Positions 9,210-19,525 of a stretch of DNA of 63,733 bases are shown here, piece by piece (positions within the stretch are counted from its first letter, which is position 1; each line of letters begins with the position of its first letter). The DNA is from Pirellulales bacterium (lineage in GTDB: Bacteria; Planctomycetota; Planctomycetia; Pirellulales; UBA1268), in the NCBI GenBank assembly GCA_044370415.1, contig JBILVO010000006.1, forward strand, positions 1 to 63,733, read 5' to 3'. The notes beneath the pieces are model-generated. The model was not told the DNA's origin, did no database searches, and worked only from the letters and a program-made list of their open reading frames with translations. The position numbers were made by a program, and so were the translations under genes.

Positions 9210-11153
9210 TCAGCGCGGCTTGAGCATAATCGCCGCCAAGGGGGGCAGCGTGAGCGTCAGCGAGTGCTCGCGGCCGTGGTGCGGCTGTGACGTCGTCTGG
9301 ATGACGCCGCCGTTGCCGACGTTGCCGCCGCCGTACCAGGCCGAGTCGCTGTTGAATATCTCCTCGTACTGGCCGGCGAAGGGAACGCCCAGCCGGTAGC
9401 CCTGCCGGACGACGGGCGTGAAGTTGCAGCAGACGATCACGCACTGCCGCGGATCGCTCCCCCGCCGCAGGAACGCCAGCACGCTGTCCTGCCAGTTGTG
9501 GCAGTCGATCCACTCGAAGCCGTGCCCGTCGAAGTCGAGCTCATGGAGCGCCGGCTCGCGGCGGACGAGGGCGTTGAGGTCGACGACCGCCCGGGACAGG
9601 CCGCGGTGGCTGTCCCACTGGAGCAGGTGCCACTGCAGGCTCTCGTCGAAGTTCCATTCGTGCCACTGCCCGAACTCGCCCCCCATGAAGAGCAGCTTCT
9701 TGCCGGGATGGGCCCACATGTAGGCGTAGAGCAGCCGCAGGTTGGCGAACTTCTGCCACAGGTCGCCCGGCATCTGGTCGAGCAGCGACCCCTTGCCGTG
9801 CACGACCTCATCGTGCGAGAGCGGCAGGACGAAGTTCTCGTGGAACGCATAGATCAGGCTGAAGGTCAGCTCGTCGTGGTGGTACTTCCGGTGGATCGGA
9901 TCGTGCCGCATGTAGCGGAGCGTGTCGTTCATCCAGCCCATGTTCCACTTCAGGCTGAAACCGAGCCCACCCACGTAGGTCGGCCGCGACACCCCCGGCC
10001 AGGCGGTCGACTCCTCGGCGATCGTCAGCACGCCCGGATGGTGCGCGTGCACCTGGACGTTGAAGCTCTTCAGGAAGTCGATCGCCTCGAGGTTCTCGCG
10101 GCCGCCGTGGACGTTGGGCAGCCACTCACCCTCCTTGCGGCTGTAGTCGAGGTAGAGCATCGACGCCACCGCGTCCACCCGCAGGCCGTCGATGTGGTAG
10201 CGGTCGAGCCAGAACAGCGCGCTCGACACGAGATAGTTGGCCACCTCGTTCCGCCCGTAATTGAAGATCAGCGTGCCCCAGTCGGGGTGCTCGCCCTTCC
10301 GCGGATCCTCGTGCTCGTAGAGCGCCGTGCCGTCGAACCGCCGCAGCCCATGGCCGTCCCGCGGGAAGTGGGCGGGCACCCAGTCGATGATCACGCCGAT
10401 GCCCGCCCGGTGGAGGCCGTCGATCAGCGACATCAGGTCCTGCGGCGTGCCGAACCGGCTGGTGGCCGCGAACAGCCCGATCGTCTGGTAGCCCCAGCTG
10501 GCGGAGAGCGGGTGCTCCGTGGGCGGCAGAAACTCGACGTGCGTGAAGCCCATCTCGACGCAGTAGGGCACGAGCTCGCGCTCGAGCTCCGCGTAGGACA
10601 GCCACCACCGCGGGTCACCGCCCGGACGCCGCCAGCTCCCCAGGTGCACCTCGTAGACATTCAGCGGCATCCCCAGGCCGTTGCGCTCGGCCCGCCGCGC
10701 CATCCATTCCTGGTCGCGCCACTCGTGCGCGGTGAGGTCGATGACCTTGGAGGCGGTCCGCGGCGGCACTTCGGCGCCGAAGCCATACGGATCGGCGCGG
10801 TCGCTGGGGCCTGTGGCGGCATGGACCCGGTACTTGTAGAGCGTGCCGGCCGCGAGCCCCGGCACGAACAGCTCCCAGATGCCGCAGCCGCCGCGATGGT
10901 GCATCCGGTGGCTGCTGCCGTCCCAGCCGTTGAAATCGCCGACCACGCTCACGGCGGACGCGTTGGGCGCCCAGACGGCGAAGTTGACGCCGGCAGTGCC
11001 CTCGACGGCGTGCAGCTGCGCACCGAGCTTCTCGTAGCTCTTCCAGTGGCGGCCCTCGCCGAGCAGATGCAGGTCGTAGTCGGTCAGCATGGCCGGGGCG
11101 GGCGGGGGAAGTGGGCGGGGGAAGGTGGGCGGGCCGTCGCCGGGTGCGCCCAT
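9210..11153 (-). CDS. glgB: 1,4-alpha-glucan branching enzyme
   Basis: [54 protein letters not shown] motifs. Confidence 0.97.
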   Translation of the reverse strand: MGAPGDGPPTFPRPLPPPAPAMLTDYDLHLLGEGRHWKSYEKLGAQLHAVEGTAGVNFAVWAPNASAVSVVGDFNGWDGSSHRMHHRGGCGIWELFVPGLAAGTLYKYRVHAATGPSDRADPYGFGAEVPPRTASKVIDLTAHEWRDQEWMARRAERNGLGMPLNVYEVHLGSWRRPGGDPRWWLSYAELERELVPYCVEMGFTHVEFLPPTEHPLSASWGYQTIGLFAATSRFGTPQDLMSLIDGLHRAGIGVIIDWVPAHFPRDGHGLRRFDGTALYEHEDPRKGEHPDWGTLIFNYGRNEVANYLVSSALFWLDRYHIDGLRVDAVASMLYLDYSRKEGEWLPNVHGGRENLEAIDFLKSFNVQVHAHHPGVLTIAEESTAWPGVSRPTYVGGLGFSLKWNMGWMNDTLRYMRHDPIHRKYHHDELTFSLIYAFHENFVLPLSHDEVVHGKGSLLDQMPGDLWQKFANLRLLYAYMWAHPGKKLLFMGGEFGQWHEWNFDESLQWHLLQWDSHRGLSRAVVDLNALVRREPALHELDFDGHGFEWIDCHNWQDSVLAFLRRGSDPRQCVIVCCNFTPVVRQGYRLGVPFAGQYEEIFNSDSAWYGGGNVGNGGVIQTTSQPHHGREHSLTLTLPPLAAIMLKPR

Positions 11154-11252
11154 GGTATGTTCCCGGGGGTGGGGCGGCTACGGGAGCCGCGGTTCGCGGC
11201 GACCTGCCGTGACGCGGGCGTTCCGCCCGCCACGAGCCCGGCAGGCGAGACG

Positions 11253-11900
11253 ATGACGTTCGAACGATTCACGCCGGTGGAACGACGGCTCGAGATCGCC
11301 GGGGCCGCGCTCTCGATGTGGTGCCCGCCCGACATGGAGGCACTCATCGACCTCGCTGCCTTCGAGGCGGACGAGCGGATCCCCTACTGGGCCAACGTCT
11401 GGGAATCGGCGATCGTGCTGGCGGAGGAGATCGCCGCGATCGATGGCACGGGGCTGACGCTCCTGGAACTCGGCTGTGGCCTGGGGCTGCCGTCTCTGGT
11501 GGCCGCCCGCGCCGGCTTCGACGTGACCGCCACCGACTACGAATCGGCCGCCCTGGAGGGCGTGCGGTTCAACGCCGCCCGCAACGCGCTGCCCGCGGTC
11601 ACGACCCGCGAGCTCGACTGGCGTCACCCGCCCGCCGACCTCGGCCACTACGACAGGGTCGTGGCCGCCGACGTGCTCTACGAGTCGCACCATCCGGCGG
11701 CGCTGGCGGCGGTGATCGCGGCGACGCTCGCCCCCGGCGGGCAGGCGCTCGTGGCCGACCCGTGCCGGCAGAAGGCGGCGGGGTTCGAGCCGGCCGCCCG
11801 GGCCGCGGGCCTCGGCGTGGTCAAGAGGCGGGCCCGTCGGCCGCACGGCGCGACCGACGGGCCCTCCGTCGAGGTCTACTGCGTCACGTTTCCCCGCTAG
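11253..11900 (+). CDS. Class I SAM-dependent methyltransferase (lysine methyltransferase/METTL21-like)
   Basis: PYWANVWESAIVLA, LELGCGLGL, TATD, LDW, VAADVLY motifs. Confidence 0.85.
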   Translation: MTFERFTPVERRLEIAGAALSMWCPPDMEALIDLAAFEADERIPYWANVWESAIVLAEEIAAIDGTGLTLLELGCGLGLPSLVAARAGFDVTATDYESAALEGVRFNAARNALPAVTTRELDWRHPPADLGHYDRVVAADVLYESHHPAALAAVIAATLAPGGQALVADPCRQKAAGFEPAARAAGLGVVKRRARRPHGATDGPSVEVYCVTFPR

Positions 11901-11905
11901 CTGGC

Positions 11906-11939
11906 CGTGGGAAAAAGCCTTGCATGGCCTTTTCCCACG
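11906..11939. terminator. Bidirectional terminator-like hairpin, related to the 9130 element
   Basis: Perfect 10-bp stem cgtgggaaaa/ttttcccacg between convergent genes. Confidence 0.55.
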
Positions 11940-12029
11940 ATGGCGAGCCGCGAACAAGCCGAGGTTTTCGGCGCTCGCGGCCGCCGCCTCCGGCGACGGA
12001 TGACTGTGTCCACGGACGACTCGTGTAGC

Positions 12030-12776
12030 TCAGGCGACGAGCTTCATCTCCGGCACCTCGCCGGTGATGCCGATCACGAACTCCTCGAAGATCTTCACGT
12101 CGAGGGCCGAGGCGGTCTCGGCCTCGGGATGGAACTGCGTGCCGATGGCGACCCAGCCCTCGACCGTGCTTTCGATCGCCTCGATCACGCCGTCCGGAGC
12201 CCGCGCTGTCACCTTGAAGCTGCCGGCCACGTCGTCGACGGCCATGTGGTGCATGCTGTTGACCCGGATCTCGCCGTCGCCGTAGACCCGCTCCATCACC
12301 GATCCCGGCTCCACGAGGAGCGCGTGGCGGTGCCCCTGGTCGATCGGGTCCTTGTGCGGGATCGCCTTCGGCAGATCCTCGGGGATGTGCAGGAAGAGCG
12401 TGCCCCCTTCGGTGATGTTGAGCAGCTGCATGCCGCTGCCGACCGCCAGCACCGGCATGTGCCGGGCGCAGATGTGCTTGGCGAGCAGGCGGTCGAAGTC
12501 CTCGCGGCGGGCGTCCATCGGCCGCACCGCGGGATGCGGCATGTAACCGTCGCGTCGCGGATCGAGGTCCGCCCCTCCCACGAGCACCACGCCGTCGAGC
12601 ATGTCGAGCAGGCGGACGACATCATCCTCTTCGGCCAACGGCGGCAGGATCACGGGAATGCCACCCGCGGCGGTGATGCCGTCGTAGTAGCCGGCCGCCA
12701 CGAACGAGAGGGCGGCGTGCTCCTTGCGGGTGCCACGGTAGTCGGTGTTGATGCCGATGAGAGGTTTGACAGCCAT
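12030..12776 (-). CDS. Gamma-glutamyl-gamma-aminobutyrate hydrolase family (peptidase C26 / class I glutamine amidotransferase-like), nucleophile Cys absent
   Basis: KPLIGI, GGIPVILP, LDGVVLVGGADLDP, VNSMHH, APDGVIEAIE, QFHPE; the nucleophile elbow reads AVGSGMQ. Confidence 0.88.
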   Translation of the reverse strand: MAVKPLIGINTDYRGTRKEHAALSFVAAGYYDGITAAGGIPVILPPLAEEDDVVRLLDMLDGVVLVGGADLDPRRDGYMPHPAVRPMDARREDFDRLLAKHICARHMPVLAVGSGMQLLNITEGGTLFLHIPEDLPKAIPHKDPIDQGHRHALLVEPGSVMERVYGDGEIRVNSMHHMAVDDVAGSFKVTARAPDGVIEAIESTVEGWVAIGTQFHPEAETASALDVKIFEEFVIGITGEVPEMKLVA

Positions 12777-13167
12777 GAGGGTCCCCTGGAAAAGCGACTG
12801 GCCGGCGTCATGCCGACCGACCCGGCGACGTGGTGGTCTGGGAGACCCCCGCCTGCCCGCGCCTGGCATCCTCCCTGCGGGCGGTCCCGTTGCCCGACAG
12901 CCGCTGCGCCGGACCACGCCTCGCGTCCCCGTGAGCCCTCGCGGGCACGGGGAGGAGGAGCGCCGTCCTTGACGCTGCAACCCTCGAACAACCGGGACCT
13001 CACGTCGGGCGGATGCCATCCGGGCAGCCGGGCCGGCTCCCCACCGGGGTGCCGGGCCAAATCCGTCGTACGGGCCACGATCCGATCGATCCGTTCCGAA
13101 ACGGTTCCTTCCGTTTCCATCGCGACCGGCGGTCCACCGGAGCGGCCCGCAGCCGCGACAGGGGCTG

Positions 13168-13195
13168 AACGTAACGGGCGGTCGTCGCAAGGCAA
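13168..13195 (-). promoter_or_regulatory. Putative sigma70 promoter giving a ~380-nt leader for the C26-family gene
   Basis: TTGCCT-16nt-TACGTT with an upstream A-rich tract (AAAATCGAAAAAAT). Confidence 0.45.
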
Positions 13196-13342
13196 GGATT
13201 TTTTCGATTTTGTGGCCGGGCCCGCGGGCGACCACAACATCCGGTGCTAGCACGGCGAGTGCTAGCAATCCGCGGACACAGTCCGCCCCGACCTTTGTCC
13301 ACGCCAGACGCTGGCTGCGCGACCGCCGCGGCGGGCCGACGT

Positions 13343-14212
13343 TCAGGCGGTGATCCACACGGCCGAGCGGAAACTGCGGAGCCAGGTGAGCTGCCGCTTG
13401 GCGAGCTGGCGGGTCCGGCGCTGGGTGAGCCGGACGGCCTCGGGCTCGTTGATCCTGCCCGCCACCACGTCGAGCGCCTCGGCATAGCCTGCCGCCTGCC
13501 GCGCCGTGGGGCCGATGCCGCCGGGGGCTGCATCGGCCGCCCGGGCCTCGGCCACGAGCCCTGCCGCGAACATCTCTTCGACCCGCCGATCGATCCGCTC
13601 GTAGAGCAGCCGGCGCGGGAGGTCGACGATCATCATCCGCTCGGCGAACGTCGGCTGGACGGACGGAGGCTCCCGCCAGGAGCCCGGCGCGGGCCCGCCG
13701 CCGTGCGTCACGACCTCCAGTGCCCGGATAATCCGCCGGGCGTCGTGCGGATGGATCCGTGCCGCCGCGGCAGCGTCGGCGGCCGCCAATCTGTCGTGCA
13801 AGGGAAGCGTGCCGGAGGCGGCCAGTTCTTCCTCGAGCCGTCGTCGCAGTTCCAGATCAACGCCGGGCAGCGGATCGAGGCCGTCCCGCAGCGCCCGCAG
13901 ATAGAGCGGCGTTCCGCCCACGAACAAGACCCGCGTGCCCCGGCTGCGGCACGCCTCAACGGCGTCGGCCGCGTCGGCCAGCCACCGGGCCACGCTGTAT
14001 GCCTCGCCCGCGTCGACAATGTCGACCAGATGGTGCGTCACCGCCTCGCGCTGGGCCGCGGTCGGCTTGGCCGTGCCGATGTCGAGGCCGCGATAGACCG
14101 CCATCGAATCGACGCTCACGATCTCGGCGCCCAGCCGCCGGGCGAGCGACACGGCCAGGGCCGTTTTCCCCGAGGCGGTCGGGCCCGAAAGGATCCAGCA
14201 GTCGACCCCCAA
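13343..14212 (-). CDS. miaA: tRNA dimethylallyltransferase (start uncertain)
   Basis: GPTASGKT, IVSVDSMAVYRGLDIGTAKP, VGGTPLY, RRIIRALEV, TRQLAKRQLTW motifs. Confidence 0.93.
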   Translation of the reverse strand: MGVDCWILSGPTASGKTALAVSLARRLGAEIVSVDSMAVYRGLDIGTAKPTAAQREAVTHHLVDIVDAGEAYSVARWLADAADAVEACRSRGTRVLFVGGTPLYLRALRDGLDPLPGVDLELRRRLEEELAASGTLPLHDRLAAADAAAAARIHPHDARRIIRALEVVTHGGGPAPGSWREPPSVQPTFAERMMIVDLPRRLLYERIDRRVEEMFAAGLVAEARAADAAPGGIGPTARQAAGYAEALDVVAGRINEPEAVRLTQRRTRQLAKRQLTWLRSFRSAVWITA

Positions 14213-14343
14213 CTGCGGCCGCCGGACCGCCTGGGGCGGGGTTTGAGGGCCGCCTGAGCCTCCATCCGGACATGCTACAGTTGATGACCCGGCAGGATCG
14301 TCTGGCCGGGATTCCTGGTGCTGGTGTCCGAGTGGAGCCATCG

Positions 14344-14727
14344 ATGCGTCGGCTGGGCGAAACCTTCGAAAGCCTGGAGCAGGTGGTGGCTGCGCGGAAG
14401 GCCGATCCCTCCGCACGATCCTACACCAGCCGGCTGCTGGCCGGCGGCGTGCCCGCGATCGGCGCCAAGGTGACCGAAGAGGCGGGCGAACTGGTGGCGG
14501 CCGCGGACCATGAAACCGACGACCGCGTCGTCTCCGAAGCCGCCGACCTCGTCTACCACATGCTCGTCCTGCTCGCCTGCCGCGGCGTCGGGCTCTCGCA
14601 GGTGGAGGACGAGCTCGCCCGCCGGTTCGGCATCTCCGGCCTCGACGAAAAAGCCTCCCGCACCGCCGGGGCCGGCCACCAGGCCCCTCCCCACGCCCCC
14701 CAACGCACCGACGGAGCCACCCCGTGA
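14344..14727 (+). CDS. hisE: Phosphoribosyl-ATP diphosphatase
   Basis: SYTSRLL..G, KVTEEAGE, EAADLVYH.LVLL motifs; adjacent to hisG. Confidence 0.93.
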   Translation: MRRLGETFESLEQVVAARKADPSARSYTSRLLAGGVPAIGAKVTEEAGELVAAADHETDDRVVSEAADLVYHMLVLLACRGVGLSQVEDELARRFGISGLDEKASRTAGAGHQAPPHAPQRTDGATP

Positions 14728-15593
14728 GTGATCACGCCAAACCACCGCTGCTGCGGATCGGCGTTCCCAGCAAGGGACGCCTCGCGGAAATCTCCGCGCA
14801 GCTGCTCAACGACGCCGGCGTCTCCTTTCGCCGCAACGAGCGGAGCCTCTTTGCATTGTGCCGGGGCATGCCGGTCGAGGTGATCTTCCTGCGCACCGAC
14901 GACATCCCGGTGCTCACGGCCGAGGGGGCGATCGATCTGGGCATCACCGGCGCCGATCTGGTGGCCGAGAGCGGCGCCGCCCTCACCCACAGGCTCGACC
15001 TCGGCATCGGCTCCTGCCGGCTGGCGCTCTGCGTGGCCGACGACTCACCCGTGACCGACGCGCGGCAGCTCGCCGGCAAGCGGGTCGCCACCAGCTTCCC
15101 GCGGATCACGCGGCAGTGGCTCGCGGAGCGGGGCGTGGAGGCACACTTCGTGGAGCTTTCCGGCAGCGTCGAGATCATGATCACGCTCGGCGTCGCCGAC
15201 GCGATCGTCGACCTCGTCGAGACGGGCAGCACGCTCGCGGCCAACCGGCTCCGCGTGCTCGACGAGATCGGCCGCTACGAAACGGTGCTCGTGCAGAACC
15301 ACACGGTCCGCGATGCGGCCACGGCCGACCGGATCGTGCGGCGGCTGGAGGGGATCGTGATCGCCCGCAACTGGTCGCTGCTCGAATACAACGTGCCGCG
15401 AACACGGCTGGCGGAGGCGGAGAAGATCACGCCCGGCTTCAACTCGCCGACGGTGAGCGGCCTGGAAGATCCCGGCTGGTGTGCCGTGCGGGCGATGGTG
15501 AAGCGGGGCGAGGCCCACGCGATCATGGAGCGGCTCGACGCCATCGGCGCCTCGGCGATCATCGAGACGCAGATCGCCAATTGCCGCCTCTAG
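14724..15593 (+). CDS. hisG: ATP phosphoribosyltransferase (long form)
   Basis: GVPSKGRL, RTDDIP, DLGITG.D, GSVE..LGVADAIVDLVETGSTL, C-terminal regulatory domain. Confidence 0.96.
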   Translation: MSDHAKPPLLRIGVPSKGRLAEISAQLLNDAGVSFRRNERSLFALCRGMPVEVIFLRTDDIPVLTAEGAIDLGITGADLVAESGAALTHRLDLGIGSCRLALCVADDSPVTDARQLAGKRVATSFPRITRQWLAERGVEAHFVELSGSVEIMITLGVADAIVDLVETGSTLAANRLRVLDEIGRYETVLVQNHTVRDAATADRIVRRLEGIVIARNWSLLEYNVPRTRLAEAEKITPGFNSPTVSGLEDPGWCAVRAMVKRGEAHAIMERLDAIGASAIIETQIANCRL

Positions 15594-15671
15594 GGCGCAT
15601 CCGAGATATGTGGAGCGTTTCGGCAGGGAGCGATCACCGCCGGGCCTTCCCCTATTTCCCCATAACTCACT

Positions 15672-16055
15672 ATGCGGCGACCTTTGGAATACATCCGCTT
15701 GTTTTCAGACGACGCGGGTGAGTCGCACATTGAAACTGCGACCATTGCGGTCCAGTCAGAACGATTTGCACCGCCCGCACCACCGCTCGATGTCTCTGCC
15801 CTGAGCCGGACTGATGGGTGGCACCTCCTGAGATTCCCTGCGGACTGGGTCGGTGGCTGGCATTGCACGCCCTCCAGGCAATGGATGTTCGTGCTCGCCG
15901 GACGAGCCACCGTGCGCGCAAGCGACGGCAGCCAATGCGACCTCAGAGCAGGGAGCATCTGTCTGCTCGAAGACACGCGGGGCAAAGGGCACCTGACGAC
16001 GATCATCGGGACCGACGAGGTCGTGCTCGCCGCCGTTCGCATTCCGAGTGCGTGA
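15672..16055 (+). CDS. Cupin-domain protein
   Basis: DDAGESH, WHCTPSRQW.FVLAG, ASDG, LLEDTRGKGH motifs. Confidence 0.8.
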   Translation: MRRPLEYIRLFSDDAGESHIETATIAVQSERFAPPAPPLDVSALSRTDGWHLLRFPADWVGGWHCTPSRQWMFVLAGRATVRASDGSQCDLRAGSICLLEDTRGKGHLTTIIGTDEVVLAAVRIPSA

Positions 16056-16136
16056 AAACGGTTCTGGCCAGGCCGGCCATTGGCGACCATCGCGACTGTC
16101 GCGAAACAGTCGGGCGAGTGTCTCCCGTCCCTTTTT

Positions 16137-17392
16137 TCAGGGCACTCGGCCGGCGATGACATGGCCGCGGCGGAGCGTGGCGACACTCTGCGTGGCGGGA
16201 TCGAGCACGGCTTCGCTGGGGTCGGCGTGCCGCGAAGATGGCCGGAGGATGGCGAGGTCGGCGGAACGTCCCGGTGCGAGGATGCCGCAGCGGCGTTCGA
16301 AGGCCAGTGCCCACGCGCCCTGCCGAGTGGCCATCGAGAGGGCTTCACGCGGACTCACTCCGCCGCCCTCAACGAGCGTGCGGCACTCGGCCAGCACCGA
16401 GAGGTCGGGGTTCGACGCACGGCTGTCAGTGCCGATCGCCACGCGGATGCCCGCGGCCAGAAAGGCCTCCACCGGCGGCAGCCTGCCTGAGAGCGCCAGC
16501 GTCGTCCGCGGGCAGACGACCAGGCAGAGCCGGTCGCGGTGGCGGGCCAGTCGCGAGAGCGCGGCCTGATCCTCCGGCAGAAACGTGCCGTGCACGACGG
16601 CGCCCCGCGGTGCTTTTGCCAGCAGCGTGATCCAGTCCGCCACTGACAGAAGCCGCGGCGGTGTTTCAGGCTGCCACGCCCCCAACTGCTCGAGCAGCGT
16701 GCGGAAGGCTCCGCCGCCCGTCGCGAGCAGCTCCGCCTCGTCGCGGCTCTCGGCCAGATGCATCATCACCGGCAGCCGCCGACGCACCGCCTCGCCGACC
16801 ACCTGGCGGCCCAACGATTCCGCTACGGAATACGGGGCGTGGGGGGAGATGCCGGTGCAGGTCCCCTCCGAGTGCATCCGCTTCAGATCCCGCATGAGCG
16901 CCGACCCGGCCGCGGCCATCGCGACAGGTAAGAGGCCGAGCGTCTCGCGAAACACCCGCACGAGCGGCCCGGCATGACCGGCCAGCGGATGCGATGCCGT
17001 CGCGATCTCCCCGATCGCCGTCACTCCGGCTGCCGCTGACTCTTCGAGCCCGCTGGCGACCGCGGCTTGCAGCCGCGCAGTGTCATCGGCGCCGGCAGCG
17101 GCCCGCGACCGGCGCATCGCCACCACCCGTTCGATCCACGCCGGCAGGCCGCCGCCACCGGGCAACGGGCGATCGAGATCGGAAAACTCCAGATGCGTGT
17201 GGGCGTTGACAAGGCCCGGAAGGATGATCGCATCGCCGAGATCATGCACCGGCCCCGACGGCCGGCCGCGGCCGACGCCTACGATCCTGCCCCGCTCGAT
17301 CCGCACCCAGCCATTTTCAATCGCGTCCGCGGCGATCGGCAGCACATGCCGCGCCCGCAGCGCGATCGGCGTCGCGCCGACGTGCCCCCGGC

Positions 17393-17396
<4 letters not shown>
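16137..17396 (-). CDS. Amidohydrolase family protein, probable aminodeoxyfutalosine deaminase
   Basis: PGLVNAHTHLE, SPHAPYS, HLAES, GTDSRASN motifs; overlaps the mqnC stop. Confidence 0.8.
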
Positions 17397-18594
<1,198 letters not shown>

Positions 18595-18598
<4 letters not shown>

Positions 18599-19416
18599 AC
18601 CCGGGACGCGAGCGACGCCGCGATGTCGAAGCCAGCCGGCGCCAGCTCCAACGCCTTGGCCCGTCGGTAGAAGACAGCGAGCGCCTCGCGTTCCTGCGCG
18701 GCCAGATGGTAGTGGAGATTGTCGCGCAGGTAGCCCAGGCACTGGGGAACGGTGAGCCCGTGCGGTGCCGCCTCGGCCGCCGCGATGGCCGCGAGGTTGG
18801 CGACCCCCGCATCCCGGGCCTCCGCGAGCACTGCCCCCACGCCCGCCGCGTCGACGCCCGCCCGCGCGGCCCACACCGCGAACACGAACGGGAGCCCGGT
18901 CCATCGGCACCACTCGTCCCCGAGATCCCAGACGAGCTGGAACGAACCGCGGTGGGAGCCGATCGCCCGATCACCGATCAGCAGCACGGCGTCGGCGGCC
19001 GTGTCGTCGAGTCCGGAACCGATCGGCAGCGACTCGATCTGCGGCGTCACCCCGTGCCGTTCCGCCAGCAGGATTCGCGCCAGCGTGCCGCTCGTCCTCG
19101 ACCCCTCGTCGACGGCGAGCCGAGCCACCCGCTCGGGACGGGTCCGGAAGAACAGCTTCACGCTCATGACGGGCCCGCGGCAGCCGATGCAGGCGTCGGA
19201 CACGACCGTGTAGCCGTTGCCACGAAAGAGCTCGATCGACGGGATCAGCGCCACGTCGAGCCGGCCGGTCGCCAGATGGTCGGCCAGACGGCTCGGCAGG
19301 TCGTACACGACGTCAGCGCCCCGCGCCGCCAGGCCGTGCACGAGGGGCCGGGTGTTGAGGTATTGCACGGCACCCATCCGCGCGGCGGGGAGGTGCCTCT
19401 GCAGTCGGTTTGTCAT
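18595..19416 (-). CDS. mqnA: Chorismate dehydratase
   Basis: GAVQYLNTRPL, GPVMSVKLF, SRTS, LLIGDRA, DLGDEW..WTGLPFVFAVW motifs. Confidence 0.92.
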
Positions 19417-19525
19417 GACGAACTCCCCGAAGGGGTCTTTCCACGGCGTCTGACGGGCGGCTGACGCGACTTGTCCCCATGGAAACCGCACCCCGCAGGC
19501 CGCCGTAACCGCGGGGGGCCGCGGG

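Noticed and set aside
13231-13246. NrdR-box-like CACAACATCCGGTG
   Set aside because: Single copy with mismatches and no ribonucleotide reductase gene nearby.
13244-13267. CIRCE (HrcA) element
   Set aside because: It resembles the TAGCAC/GTGCTA halves but lacks the TTAGCACTC-N9-GAGTGCTAA spacing, and no chaperone gene is adjacent.
15594-16136. Integron cassette carrying the cupin gene
   Set aside because: No convincing attC core sites (RYYYAAC...GTTRRRY) and no integrase.
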